Shown here in pieces: positions 8,395-17,979 of a stretch of DNA of 64,000 nt (the first letter of the stretch is position 1; each line of letters opens with the position of its first letter). Position numbers and translations under genes: made by a program. The stretch lies in the IMG/VR virus record IMGVR_UViG_3300007754_000007, positions 1 to 64,000 of that record. The stretch is one strand, 5' to 3'. The notes beneath the pieces are model-generated. The model saw only the letters and a list, made by a program, of their open reading frames with translations, ran no database searches and was not told the origin of the DNA. This stretch comes from a virus (taxonomy: Duplodnaviria; Caudoviricetes).

Positions 8395-10335
8395 CTATTT
8401 GACCTCGCGGACCGTGGAGCGGGTCTGGGTCCTGGTCTCCTGCTGGAAGCCGTTGTCCGGGAGCATCGCTGTCATGGTCATGGCCTTTGCGGCCTCTACG
8501 ACGTCCCCCACGTAGGGTGTGAGGGCCTCCCGTAGCTCGTCACCGACCTCGATGAGCTCGCCGGTCAGCGCGTACTCGGAGCCCTGCTCCAGATATCCCC
8601 GAGAGACGCGGTCCTCGGAGAGAAAGCCCGCACCGAAGTGCATGGCGATGGGCCCAAGAGTCCGTGCCAACTTCTGGGCCGGTTCGGAGTCGATGACCTC
8701 GTCGCTGAACCCGAAGACCTTGAGGATCCGGGAACCTGCGGCGGTCGTCGCGCGGTTGATGGTCTTGGCCGCGGAGATCTTTCCCGCCAGCGCGCCCGCC
8801 CGCTTGACCATGTTGACGGTTCGATGGCCGGTGTCTCCCTCTTCGGAGGTTCCGGGGTTGTCAGTTTCGTCGTGGGTGCTCATGGGCGTCTCCGTTCGTT
8901 GGGGATGGGGGGCGTGGGTTAGCTCGGGTGGGATGCCGGGCTTCTCGAGATTCGTGCCTCGAGGCCACGTGAGGCACTCTCGGCGGCGCTTTCGGATCGC
9001 CGCCATCCTGGTGGGATAATCTCGATCCACCACGATGAGCATCCCATGGAGGTCCGGGTACGTGATTCCCATGTGCTCCTGAGCGATCAGGAGCCACTCC
9101 AGGTACGCGATTGACTCCCACACCGGGGGAGCGCCTTTTATGCGTAGCATAAGGGCCAGAAGGACCTCTTTCGGGGAGCGACTCACCGCGCGCCAGATAT
9201 CCTCTTCGCTCCCTACGTTCTCTCCAAGCGCGTAGAAGTGTCCTTCCAGAGGATCAAACCCGGCTCGGTAACCCCTACAGAGTAGAGTGGTGCCCTGGAG
9301 GACCCACCGGGGTTTTGCGGCTTCCTCGATCTCCGGGTCCTGAAGCTCCGCCGCGAGCCCCTCCAGCTCCGTCAAGAGCTTCTCCCTGAGGGGCTTCGGA
9401 ATGCTCGGCACTGGGAAGCCCAGACGACTGGTGGCGTCCTTGATCAGCCCCCGTTCGTGCGGGAACACGTTGGTCTCCCCGTCAGGGACGTGGCTGGCCC
9501 AGGTGTCGTTGGTGTCCGGGGACAGCACTCCCCCTACGATCATTGCCGGTTGGCCTCCAGATTTGGCGAGCTCGATCCCTCCCTCGCTCCGGCGACGCCA
9601 GCGCCAAGGGGTTTGCCGCCGCGCCTCTACCTTCTTGATTAGATTCTGGAAGGTGTTCTCTTCGAGGGGGACTTCAGGGCGGACACCCACGGCCTTGGCG
9701 AGACGCACACATACCCTTCGGATCTCCGCGATGGTATGTGACTCCACACGAATGAGCGGGAGAGCCTCCCAACTTCCTTCCCCTTCTACGGGGGCCGCGA
9801 AAAAGGCTGCCTCGAAGGTGTCGGATACGTCGTCGAACTCAATCTTCGCGAGGTGTTGGGAAGGGGCGTCTGGGAAAGTCGCCCACAGATAGAGGAGCGG
9901 GAGTTTGCAGACCCCCACGCCCCAGTGGCAACTCGACTCAGAGGCCCCAACGACAGCGTCCTTCTTGTTCACAGTCAGGTCTCCAGCCACTTCGAGGTTC
10001 TCAGGGTCCGCATCCGGACCTCTCCCTGCCTTCATGCTCTCATACACACGAAGATGTATCATCACCTGGTCGAGGATCTTCTGGCGCTTTCCGCATTCAA
10101 AGAGAGCCCACCTTTTGGTCCTCTCCAGGAAATCGTACCACTCATGGGTGACGATCACCTCCACACCCTCGTCGGGGAGATGATCCAGGAAGTCGCTCAG
10201 ATCTCTCCGGTAGCCTTTGGTGGTCACCCAACGGTCGGTGTCCTGGGTGTTGGAGACCACGGATGCGCAGACGGACAGGCAGTCCACAGTCAGGAGCGGG
10301 GGCTCCCCTGGAAAGGTCTTGACAGAGATGGCCAT
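8395..10335 (-). CDS. large hypothetical protein (possible internal start at 8883)
   Basis: 646-aa ORF; internal GGAG...ATG at MSTHDE. Confidence 0.65.
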   Translation of the reverse strand: MAISVKTFPGEPPLLTVDCLSVCASVVSNTQDTDRWVTTKGYRRDLSDFLDHLPDEGVEVIVTHEWYDFLERTKRWALFECGKRQKILDQVMIHLRVYESMKAGRGPDADPENLEVAGDLTVNKKDAVVGASESSCHWGVGVCKLPLLYLWATFPDAPSQHLAKIEFDDVSDTFEAAFFAAPVEGEGSWEALPLIRVESHTIAEIRRVCVRLAKAVGVRPEVPLEENTFQNLIKKVEARRQTPWRWRRRSEGGIELAKSGGQPAMIVGGVLSPDTNDTWASHVPDGETNVFPHERGLIKDATSRLGFPVPSIPKPLREKLLTELEGLAAELQDPEIEEAAKPRWVLQGTTLLCRGYRAGFDPLEGHFYALGENVGSEEDIWRAVSRSPKEVLLALMLRIKGAPPVWESIAYLEWLLIAQEHMGITYPDLHGMLIVVDRDYPTRMAAIRKRRRECLTWPRGTNLEKPGIPPELTHAPHPQRTETPMSTHDETDNPGTSEEGDTGHRTVNMVKRAGALAGKISAAKTINRATTAAGSRILKVFGFSDEVIDSEPAQKLARTLGPIAMHFGAGFLSEDRVSRGYLEQGSEYALTGELIEVGDELREALTPYVGDVVEAAKAMTMTAMLPDNGFQQETRTQTRSTVREVK

Positions 10336-10418
10336 AGGAATGAGTTTACCGCCTGCTGGAACCGACGGAACTTCAGGGAGATCCGGGAACCAACCTATCG
10401 ATCAGCGCCGGGGCCTTG

Positions 10419-10730
10419 TCACTCATCGTCGTAACCTCCAGCTACCTCCCCGTGCCTCAGCCAGTACCGAAGCTCGGAACGGGTCGTGACCCAGCAAACC
10501 TCCTTGGAGGCAGGGATCGCGTTGGCCACCCCCTTGTCATCGACCATGAACAGGACCCCGGGGTCTGCCTTGATCTCCTGGAGAACCGTGTTCCCCTCTG
10601 CATCCTTGGAGTAGACCTTGAGGACGTCGACGAGAGTGTACTCGTTGGCCCCCCTCACCTTGGTGACCTTCCTCTCAAGAGGAACAAGGCCGGCGGGAAG
10701 GATCAGCTTGAAGGATTGCTTGAAAGGCAT
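10419..10730 (-). CDS. hypothetical protein
   Basis: MPFKQSF start. Confidence 0.6.
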   Translation of the reverse strand: MPFKQSFKLILPAGLVPLERKVTKVRGANEYTLVDVLKVYSKDAEGNTVLQEIKADPGVLFMVDDKGVANAIPASKEVCWVTTRSELRYWLRHGEVAGGYDDE

Positions 10731-11140
10731 GGTTCCACCAGTTGTCCGCGGAGTTCCCAGTTGAGAGGGGCTTGGGTCAGGTCTCCCAGTCTTACCTTCC
10801 TCCCCAAACGTCTCTCGAAGCAGAGCAGGCAGGCGTGGCCATCCTCTGGGTAGACGTGCTCCCAAAGCCAGTCATGAACCATGAATCCCCGGAAGTCATG
10901 GTCCCCGCAGTCCTGACACAGGAACGCCAGGGTGAAGAACGTGAGCCCGCTTTGGGTCTTGAGGTTCTTCTCGAACCGACCAGGGATCCCTGGGATCCAA
11001 GGAGCCTCTGCCAGCTGGTCCTGGACTCCTGGGAACGTCTCGTTGAACTCATCGGCCTCGTCCCGCATCCTGTAGTAGGTGTGAACTGCGGCTCCTCGGA
11101 CGTAGACACACCAACCGATCTTGGAATCTGGGGAGTCCAT
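10703..11140 (-). CDS. hypothetical protein, Zn-binding C-terminus
   Basis: CQDC...FMVHDWLW...CLLCFERRLGR pattern. Confidence 0.65.
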   Translation of the reverse strand: MDSPDSKIGWCVYVRGAAVHTYYRMRDEADEFNETFPGVQDQLAEAPWIPGIPGRFEKNLKTQSGLTFFTLAFLCQDCGDHDFRGFMVHDWLWEHVYPEDGHACLLCFERRLGRKVRLGDLTQAPLNWELRGQLVEPCLSSNPSS

Positions 11141-11159
11141 ACAAGACCCTTGTAGGTAG

Positions 11160-11233
11160 CGCCCCCACCAGGACTCGAACCTGGAACCTCGGGATTAGGA
11201 ATCCCGCGCGCTATCCGGTTGCGCTATGGGGGC
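11160..11233 (-). tRNA. tRNA-Arg(CCT)
   Basis: CGGGA-TT-CCT-AA-TCCCG, canonical arms. Confidence 0.9.
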
Positions 11234-11241
11234 AGAAGTTG

Positions 11242-11550
11242 TCAGACCCACTGGCGGCCGGAACGGGATCTCCGATTCCGACGCAGGGAGGGATAGACCT
11301 TGTGGGGGTATCCAATGTTGGGCCCGTATCCTCGGGTGAGTTCTCCAATAGAGACCCAAGGCTCGGGGATCGACATGCAGTAGTGGGTCTTCTTCTTGGA
11401 GATCCAGTGACGCCGGGTTGTGGGCCCCTCCGCGAAGACGACTCCATCCTCGAGGGAGAGCTTCTCCGCGACTCCGGAGTGATGCCATCGAACCCAGCCG
11501 TTCCGCCGGGCGACCTCAACCAGTTCTGCGTGGCCTGTGTTGTGGGGCAT
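11242..11550 (-). CDS. hypothetical protein
   Basis: 102-aa ORF between tRNAs, GAGG RBS. Confidence 0.55.
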   Translation of the reverse strand: MPHNTGHAELVEVARRNGWVRWHHSGVAEKLSLEDGVVFAEGPTTRRHWISKKKTHYCMSIPEPWVSIGELTRGYGPNIGYPHKVYPSLRRNRRSRSGRQWV

Positions 11551-11573
11551 CTCTACCTCTCGAAAGGAAGGTG

Positions 11574-11648
11574 TGGAAGGGGTGACAGGGCTCGAACCTG
11601 TAAATCCGGTTCCAAAGACCGGTGTTTTGCCGATTAGACTACACCCCC
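11574..11648 (-). tRNA. tRNA-Gln(TTG)
   Basis: CCGGT-CT-TTG-GA-ACCGG, CCA. Confidence 0.88.
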
Positions 11649-11655
11649 ATGTTAT

Positions 11656-12099
11656 TCAGGAAGCCGCCTTCTTCTCGGAGGCCTCCCAGTAGCCGAGGGC
11701 CACGAGCCGCTCGTGGATCATGCCCATCCGGTGCCTCTGGCGACGGCCCCTCCCGAGGGCATCCCCGCTGTGGCACTCCTTGGCCTTCTCCGGGTCGAGC
11801 TTGCGCAGGACGACGTAGGCCAGGTCTCCGAAGTCGACGTACTCGCGCCAGGGGGTGGACATGGACGCCACGGTCCCTCCAAGCTCCTGGGCGCTGCTGT
11901 AGTGGCCCTCATCGATGTAGAGACGGCCGAGGGGCTTCTCGTCCTCAACCTTCCCCACGTAGAGGGTGGTGGTCGTACGCTCGGCCAGGACGACCAGGTA
12001 GTCGCCGTCGCGTCGCGCGCCGCAGCCGAGGGAGAACAGGACCGCACGGGCCTGATCGTAGGAGACGACCTGTCCGCCGGGGGAGAGCTTGTGTTCCAT
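11656..12099 (-). CDS. hypothetical protein
   Basis: MEHKLS start, GGAGG RBS, CGTAAC upstream. Confidence 0.65.
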   Translation of the reverse strand: MEHKLSPGGQVVSYDQARAVLFSLGCGARRDGDYLVVLAERTTTTLYVGKVEDEKPLGRLYIDEGHYSSAQELGGTVASMSTPWREYVDFGDLAYVVLRKLDPEKAKECHSGDALGRGRRQRHRMGMIHERLVALGYWEASEKKAAS

Positions 12100-12146
12100 T
12101 TTGAGTACCTCCGAGCGTGTTACGCCCTGGAGATCTCTTGGGAAAC

Positions 12147-12695
12147 TCAGCCGGGGGCCCAAATGTAGCGGGCCTTGGGGTCCTCGATGATCACGCCCTT
12201 GTCGCCGATGTCCACTGTGAAGCCTCTGCTCTCGAGGATCTTGAGAGCCGCGTCCACTTCAGGGGTCTCGGGAAGGTCGTCGAAGGCAATGACCATCCCG
12301 GTGATGTTCTCACCCTTCTGGTTCTGATGGCTGATCGGGGTCGTGTACCCTCGGAACCGGGGAGCGCCAGCTCCTGCCAAGGCACGTCCCAGTTCCTTTT
12401 CGAGGCTGTCCCTCACTCGTTGCTCGAACCGGAAGACCGAATCTCCGGAGAGGGTAGGGACCCCGTTCCCGTTGATTGACTTCCCGTCCTCGAAGTCGTG
12501 CTCGATGCAGATGTCGGGCTCCGCCCAAACGAGGATTCGGAACTCTCGACCCCCGAAGCGCGGAGGGAGGTCCAGGATGATGCCGGGGCGCCAGAGGATG
12601 GTGTTGTCAAGGAATCCGTTCGGGAATCGACGACGACAGCGAGCCAGGATTCGGTTCCCAGGTTGGGCCCAGGCTTCTATGAAACGGGGGCTCAT
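12147..12695 (-). CDS. hypothetical protein
   Basis: MSPRFIE start overlapping the upstream stop (ATGA). Confidence 0.65.
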   Translation of the reverse strand: MSPRFIEAWAQPGNRILARCRRRFPNGFLDNTILWRPGIILDLPPRFGGREFRILVWAEPDICIEHDFEDGKSINGNGVPTLSGDSVFRFEQRVRDSLEKELGRALAGAGAPRFRGYTTPISHQNQKGENITGMVIAFDDLPETPEVDAALKILESRGFTVDIGDKGVIIEDPKARYIWAPG

Positions 12696-12883
12696 ACTTC
12701 CATCCAGCACTTGGTTCGACACCGAAGACAGCAGTTGCAGTGGGGAGAGCTATCTGCCCCGGGGAACACGTCAGCCAGGGGGCACCTCTGCATCCCTTCG
12801 CCGAGCTTGCCACATTTACAGAGGAGCTTGGGAGGCACGTGCTCGATGAGCTTGGATCTCTTGAGGTGCTTCTTTCCTGCCAT
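12692..12883 (-). CDS. small Cys-rich protein
   Basis: CKCG...CNCCLRC. Confidence 0.6.
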   Translation of the reverse strand: MAGKKHLKRSKLIEHVPPKLLCKCGKLGEGMQRCPLADVFPGADSSPHCNCCLRCRTKCWMEV

Positions 12884-13077
12884 CAGCGACTCCTCTTCCG
12901 GAAACGAGACTCTCCAGTCAGATCCCGGAGAGCGCTGTCGAGATCCTTGTGTCGCCTCCCGGTCTGGGGGTCGCGGACCCCATTGCGGGTGAGGCGCAGC
13001 TGCCGAGTCTTCCCGGAGCGTCGGAGGGTCCAACCGTTCCGGCGCTTGGTGACTTGGTTCTTCGGCGCGCGGTCCAT
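12883..13077 (-). CDS. small basic hypothetical protein
   Basis: 64-aa ORF, TGATG coupling to the next gene. Confidence 0.5.
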   Translation of the reverse strand: MDRAPKNQVTKRRNGWTLRRSGKTRQLRLTRNGVRDPQTGRRHKDLDSALRDLTGESRFRKRSR

Positions 13078-13266
13078 AGACTCTCCCGGGAGTTCCCCCC
13101 TCGGAACCTTCTACCAGGATCCTATCGGCAAAGGGGGCCTGCCGCAGACCACTATATTGCGTCCATCATGGAACCCTTGGGGTGCGGCCCACACAACATG
13201 GCTTGGGATGGCTGCGTGTCTGCCGCAGACATAGGGATACAACAGGCCGCACTCCACACTACCGTG

Positions 13267-13533
13267 TCAGACGTCAGTGTGCTTCCGCCACTTCATCCAC
13301 ATCCGCTCTTTCTCGCGAACATCCTGCGGGGACTTCCGAATCCCGGATACGCTCATGACCCGCCACACCTCAGGGAAGATCTCCTTGGTATGGGGGCTCT
13401 TCAAGGAGAGTTGAGTCCCGACTCGGATCTCAACCCCCTTGTGGGACTCGGGAAGCCAGCTGGCTGTGAACGCTCTGCCTGTATCGGTCTCCCGCTCCAG
13501 GTGGCAGAACCTGTAGAAAACGTCCTTGGCCAT
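13267..13533 (-). CDS. hypothetical protein
   Basis: MAKDVFY start with RBS. Confidence 0.6.
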   Translation of the reverse strand: MAKDVFYRFCHLERETDTGRAFTASWLPESHKGVEIRVGTQLSLKSPHTKEIFPEVWRVMSVSGIRKSPQDVREKERMWMKWRKHTDV

Positions 13534-13859
13534 CCTACTCCTCGGGGGTCGCCGCGACCTCTTCCGATTCTTCGAGGTCCTGGGCTTCCTGCCACGCAAG
13601 ATACCGGGAGTGCACCCTCGGGGGGCAGTGACCTGCTTGGACTGCTTCCTCTATGGTCTCAATGGGCAGCAAGGAGGGCCTTCCTGCGAGCTCTGTCTCG
13701 TAGACTTCCATGGGGGGCTGGACCCACCCATCGGGGACAGCCCCTACCTCACCAAGATGGAGATCCACTCCGTAGGCCAGCACAGCCGAGAAGCTGCCGA
13801 AAGTTCTCTGAACCAGCCATCAGGGCCTCCGGGTGCGAGAACCCTGAGGGATAGCCTGT

Positions 13860-14465
13860 CTACGCGGCGCGGCTCCGTGCCTTGTGTCGCGCTCGAGCGT
13901 TCCGGTTGGAACATCCCCGGCTGCAGTACTTGCTGGAGGCCCTGGGAGGGTCCCCACAGTCCTTCCACGCGCAGGTCGGGGTAGCGGCTACCCACTCCGC
14001 GAAGTCGTTCCCAAGGGCCTCCAGAGTTCTCCCCAAGGCCCTTTCCTGCTCTCCTCTCCAGTAGGAGTAGTTGTAGGAGATCTCCTCCAGGATTTTCCCG
14101 AAGATACGGGCCTGGGCCTCCCATCGCGCTCTCTTCATCTGCCAGGCAGAGAACCCCGTGCAGAACTTGCGGATGCTATGTCCTGCTGTGGAGAGAGCTT
14201 TCCGCCTCCACTCTGAGAATCCTGCGCAGAGTGCTTCGATGGCACTCCCTGCTGCCTCCTTCTCCGCCTCCTCTCGGTGGTTGGAGTCCTGGAGCTTCTG
14301 TCGCAGCACCGCTTCCTTGATCTTGTCCTCTCCGTGCAGCTGCCAGCCACATCCCGAACAGGACAGGAACATGTAGCCCCACCGGAGGTCCTTGTCGGCG
14401 ACCACTCGGGTTGAGCCACACTTCTCACATCTGAACTTGAACACTATCCAAGGGCCTCCATACAT
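13860..14465 (-). CDS. zinc-finger protein (CGNR-like C-terminal finger)
   Basis: CEKC/CSGC at N-terminus; CAWKDC...YCSRGCSNRNARARHK at C-terminus. Confidence 0.65.
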   Translation of the reverse strand: MYGGPWIVFKFRCEKCGSTRVVADKDLRWGYMFLSCSGCGWQLHGEDKIKEAVLRQKLQDSNHREEAEKEAAGSAIEALCAGFSEWRRKALSTAGHSIRKFCTGFSAWQMKRARWEAQARIFGKILEEISYNYSYWRGEQERALGRTLEALGNDFAEWVAATPTCAWKDCGDPPRASSKYCSRGCSNRNARARHKARSRAA

Positions 14466-14550
14466 GGCCCCTTGCAGGAACTCAAGTCTCGTTGAGAATC
14501 TCCAGCCTCAGGACCGAACACCCGTATTACCGCGTCCTGCCCCCCTTCCG

Positions 14551-14854
14551 CTACTTGTATGCAGAGGCGCGAAGTCTTCTCTCCCACTCCTCTGCCCACT
14601 CTTCGCCGTAGATGTCGGTGACCGCTCTCCGGAGCTTGATGAAGGTTCGGTCTGGCTTCCAGCCCTGTTTCATGGCTGAAGACCAGAAATCAAGCCAGTC
14701 TACTACTCCTCCTCGGTCGTTGATGATGGAGATCAGGACTTCGATAGGAACTCCCCGTTCGTCTATGAACCGGAAGCATCCGCCGATTACATCCCGACCG
14801 TCTTCGGTCTCACCTGTTTTCCGAAGCCGTAGCCCCGGACCTCCGCTTGCCCAT
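14551..14854 (-). CDS. small protein resembling an AlaRS helical segment (probable +1 frameshift near 14834)
   Basis: CFRFIDERGVPIEVL...RGGVVDWLDF resembles the AlaRS FKLYDTYGFPLDL...RGLxVD segment; AGGAG-ATG at 14854 is in frame if one G of GGGG is removed. Confidence 0.55.
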
Positions 14855-14901
14855 GGTATTCTCCTGGGTATGATGGTTGACGTAACTGGGGGATCCAAAC
14901 A

Positions 14902-15234
14902 ATGTCGGATCTGGAAAAGGTTGGAGAGTTCGTCGCTATCGCCCCTCTGGGGAGTTGCGTGCTCTCGGATGCGTTCGCCTCGATCAAGGCTCGGGGCGAA
15001 CAGGTCGAGTCGGTGAGTCTACACCCAGTGGACTACGCTGATCTCCTGAGCATGGGGGGTCCTGTGTTTCTGAGCCACGCTCTCACTGTCGATGAGCAGT
15101 CGGAGATGCTCGAAACCGGGGTCTGGACCAAGCCGATCTGGGGTGCCAAGGTCGAAGAGAGCCTGGAGGAAACACCGGGCGTCGTCGTGGTCGAAGGGAT
15201 CACGACGTTCGCGGAGATCCACGTCACCCGTTAG
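14902..15234 (+). CDS. hypothetical protein
   Basis: 110-aa ORF, CGTAAC upstream. Confidence 0.65.
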   Translation: MSDLEKVGEFVAIAPLGSCVLSDAFASIKARGEQVESVSLHPVDYADLLSMGGPVFLSHALTVDEQSEMLETGVWTKPIWGAKVEESLEETPGVVVVEGITTFAEIHVTR

Positions 15235-15669
15235 ACCAGGGAGACCTTCAGGTCCTCCTCCTGCGTTTTCCGGGCAACCTCGATAGCCGCTTCCTCGACA
15301 GAGAATCCGGCCCTGAGCAGACCAGGGATCGGAATGGTAGTCACCCCCCGGAACCCGATGTACTTCTGGTCGCGCAGGATCTTCGCTGCTACTGCGCAGA
15401 CGAGGTTCTCGTAGTCCTGGTATCGTTGAGCTTCCGAGGTCACGAACGGTCTCCCAGGGATCTCTGAAGGGCCTGCTTCCAGGATCGAGGGAGATCCTGG
15501 AACGAGGGAGATCCTGGAACGAGAACGGAAAGCTCTGGGGGCAGCTAACACACCAGAACCCGTCGGGGATGACCCCAGCCTGCCAGACGTAGTCGTAGGT
15601 TCGGTACTCCCCTGTCGTGTTGCAGTGAGGGCAGGTTGCCGGAAGGCGTCCAGCGAGTAATCGTGGCAT
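15231..15669 (-). pseudogene. Zn-ribbon protein interrupted by a 2x17-bp insertion
   Basis: removing 15486-15519 joins CPHC...CVSC...QSFPFS to ILEAGPSE..., giving 135 codons. Confidence 0.6.
15486..15519. repeat. 17-bp tandem repeat CGAGGGAGATCCTGGAA x2
   Basis: exact duplication seen directly. Confidence 0.9.
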
Positions 15670-15689
15670 GCGCGACTTTACCGGGTCCT

Positions 15690-15941
15690 CTACACTGGGG
15701 AAGACAGCAGGATCGCGCAGACCATCGTGATGATGGTGATCATGAAGCGAGGCCCCGCCCAGTAGGCCAGGAGACCCTTGGGGGTGTCCCAGTATCGGTT
15801 GGGCGGGTAGCCGATGACCGCGTTGAGATACGCGAGCAGGAAGTGGCTCCCGAAGTAGGTCGCCAGCCCGATGCCAATCAGGTTGGCGGTTGTGAGGGGG
15901 GAACTTGCCGCCAAGAGGACGGGATTGAGGATGGGGTCCAT
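15690..15941 (-). CDS. small membrane protein
   Basis: two hydrophobic segments. Confidence 0.6.
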   Translation of the reverse strand: MDPILNPVLLAASSPLTTANLIGIGLATYFGSHFLLAYLNAVIGYPPNRYWDTPKGLLAYWAGPRFMITIITMVCAILLSSPV

Positions 15942-15970
15942 AGAGGGCCTCTGGTTGGGGTCCGGACTTG

Positions 15971-16219
15971 TTACGCCCCACCCCCTCCGGCAGAAACCTT
16001 CTTGGCGTGCCGGGCCCAGGAGTTCCACGTCCGAATCGTCCCCTGGGCCTGGGGTTGGCTCCCGCTCTTCCAGACGACCCAGTTCCGTCCAGGGTCCGAC
16101 TCAAGAACCGTCCGGGTCTCGGAGACTCCCCAAGGCCAGCTCCTCTCGTAGACATCCCCTGCCTGAGGGGCCTTGTCCATGAAAGTCTTGGCGGGCCCTC
16201 CATCTCGTATCTTTCTCAT
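15971..16219 (-). CDS. hypothetical protein
   Basis: ATGA overlap with the upstream gene. Confidence 0.55.
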   Translation of the reverse strand: MRKIRDGGPAKTFMDKAPQAGDVYERSWPWGVSETRTVLESDPGRNWVVWKSGSQPQAQGTIRTWNSWARHAKKVSAGGGGA

Positions 16220-16518
16220 TGGATCGCCCTGGTGACGACCTCGGCCCAGAAGTCGTCAAGCTTGTGTGCTCCCCAGCCCGCGCACTCGGAACGCATCCGG
16301 AGGAAGTTGCGGACCTGCATTCCCTCTCGTAGATGGACCATGTGGGGAATGGTTGATCCTTCCTTCTTGAAGACGGGATCCACCCTTCCGTAGACCTGGA
16401 GGTATTCGCGGAAGACCTCCAGACCAGGGGCCCCGAGCCAGTCCCGGGTCGCTTGGACCAAGGAGTCTGGGATTTCCGGGACCTGAGGCAATCCCAGGGA
16501 AGGGAATCGGTTGGCCAT
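16216..16518 (-). CDS. hypothetical protein
   Basis: MANRFP start, AGGA RBS; contains HLREGMQVRNFLR. Confidence 0.65.
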   Translation of the reverse strand: MANRFPSLGLPQVPEIPDSLVQATRDWLGAPGLEVFREYLQVYGRVDPVFKKEGSTIPHMVHLREGMQVRNFLRMRSECAGWGAHKLDDFWAEVVTRAIQ

Positions 16519-16533
16519 GATATGTCCTGTAGA

Positions 16534-16611
16534 TGGTCGGGGAGACAGGATTTGAACCTGCGAACCTCCTGGTCCCAAACCAGGCGCCCTACCAGACTGG
16601 GCCACACCCCG
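16534..16611 (-). tRNA. tRNA-Pro(TGG)
   Basis: CCTGG-TT-TGG-GA-CCAGG, CCA. Confidence 0.9.
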
Positions 16612-16717
16612 AAAGATCAAGAATAGATACCGTCTGTGTGGGGGGAGACCCTCCACGTTGACGCAGTACCGGTTCTGGGTTTATCTCCTCGAATCTTATC
16701 AAGGAGGGTCCTCGCAG

Positions 16718-17392
16718 ATGCCAGCTGAAGCCCCCACACCTCCTGAGAAAGTTCTCCTCGTAGAAGACCGCCAGTCGTTCGCCGATGAGATCTCCGCGAT
16801 GCTGGAGGGCTCCGGTATCGAGATGACTCACGTAACCGATCTTGAGGCGGAGTCATGCCAAGTTCTGCTTCGCCAGAACTGGATGTGCGTCCTCCTCGGC
16901 CTAAACGTGCCTCCCCATGAAGGGGCCTCTGCGGTAGCCAAGGCTCGAGAGCTTACCACCAATAGTGTCATAGTCCTCACGGGCCTCAACGGGGCCGACT
17001 ACGGGGTGGTCTCCGTACAAGCGGGCGCCGACGACTACCTTCTCAAGCACAGCGTCACCAAAGAGTCCCTGATTGGAACCATCCGAGTAGCCTCCGCGCG
17101 GCATATCCGGAGGCTCAACGAGAATCAAGAGGCGGCACACCTACAGGCTCAGATGAAGGTTCTCCTGGAGTTGGCGGGACTCATGACCAGCATCCGGGAC
17201 ATGATGAAGCCCAAGCCGGTCTTCCGGGGCTTCTTCACCAGGGTGGCAACAGCGGAAGGACGCAAAGAGATCGAGGAACAGATCCGGGGAGCCGGCTGGT
17301 TCGTCGGGAAAATCCTCTTCGAGGTGGCTGCCGTTTTCGCAGCTATCTGGGCCGCTATCCAGGGATCAGGCTTGGAGATTTCAGTTCAATGA
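16718..17392 (+). CDS. response-regulator receiver-domain protein (pseudo-receiver) with C-terminal TM helix
   Basis: VLLVED, VLLGLNVP (Asp replaced by Gly), VIVLTG, AGADDYLLK; AAGGAGG RBS. Confidence 0.85.
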   Translation: MPAEAPTPPEKVLLVEDRQSFADEISAMLEGSGIEMTHVTDLEAESCQVLLRQNWMCVLLGLNVPPHEGASAVAKARELTTNSVIVLTGLNGADYGVVSVQAGADDYLLKHSVTKESLIGTIRVASARHIRRLNENQEAAHLQAQMKVLLELAGLMTSIRDMMKPKPVFRGFFTRVATAEGRKEIEEQIRGAGWFVGKILFEVAAVFAAIWAAIQGSGLEISVQ

Positions 17393-17571
17393 CTCGTAAA
17401 GCCCTTGACACTTCCGGCTTCCTCATCGCTGTCATTGAGCTCGCGAAGCTCGAGCGCCAGCGCGCCCCTGAAGCGACTGAGAAAGTCATCGACTTCTGCC
17501 AGAAGAAGCTGGACGAGGAGGCGAAGCGGGAAGACCCTCCGAAAAAGAAGAAGGTCTACTACGCTCTCTGA
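17389..17571 (+). CDS. hypothetical protein
   Basis: ATGA overlap with the receiver gene. Confidence 0.6.
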   Translation: MTRKALDTSGFLIAVIELAKLERQRAPEATEKVIDFCQKKLDEEAKREDPPKKKKVYYAL

Positions 17572-17590
17572 GCTGGACTGTCGTAGGGAG

Positions 17591-17664
17591 TGGGGCTGGA
17601 GAGACTTGAACTCTCGACCTCCCGCTTATCAGACGGACGCTCTACGCAACTGAGCTACAACCCC
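17591..17664 (-). tRNA. tRNA-Ile(GAT)
   Basis: CCGT-CT-GAT-AA-GCGG, canonical arms. Confidence 0.9.
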
Positions 17665-17674
17665 ATGAGATGTT

Positions 17675-17923
17675 CTACCGGGACAGGATCTTGCCGTCCT
17701 GGGTTGGGTCCACGACCAGGAAGCCGTTGTGGACGTAGTCGTTCCGCTCGTTCTCCCGCCCCGGGAGCCGGAGGTCCGTCCGGTAGAAGGGACCATGCAG
17801 GGCCTCAACCATCTTGATCTTCCTGCCGTGGTGCTCCTGTAGAAGCGCGCTGTCGTGATTCCCAAACTGGTCGGGGCGGATGTTCAAGCGGATGAACTTG
17901 TTGAGGTACTGGTCTCCAGCCAT
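17675..17923 (-). CDS. hypothetical protein
   Basis: AAGGAGG RBS, CGTAAC upstream. Confidence 0.65.
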   Translation of the reverse strand: MAGDQYLNKFIRLNIRPDQFGNHDSALLQEHHGRKIKMVEALHGPFYRTDLRLPGRENERNDYVHNGFLVVDPTQDGKILSR

Positions 17924-17979
17924 GGAAGCCTCCTTGACTATGTTACGTCCTGGAGGTTCCTGGGGAACCCAGAGGTATT

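Noticed and set aside
13526-13984. Competing ORFs on both strands
   Set aside because: Could not decide which frame is real, so neither is called.
15019-16203. 394-aa ORF as a single gene
   Set aside because: It spans several smaller genes; only the MPRLL... segment looks coding.
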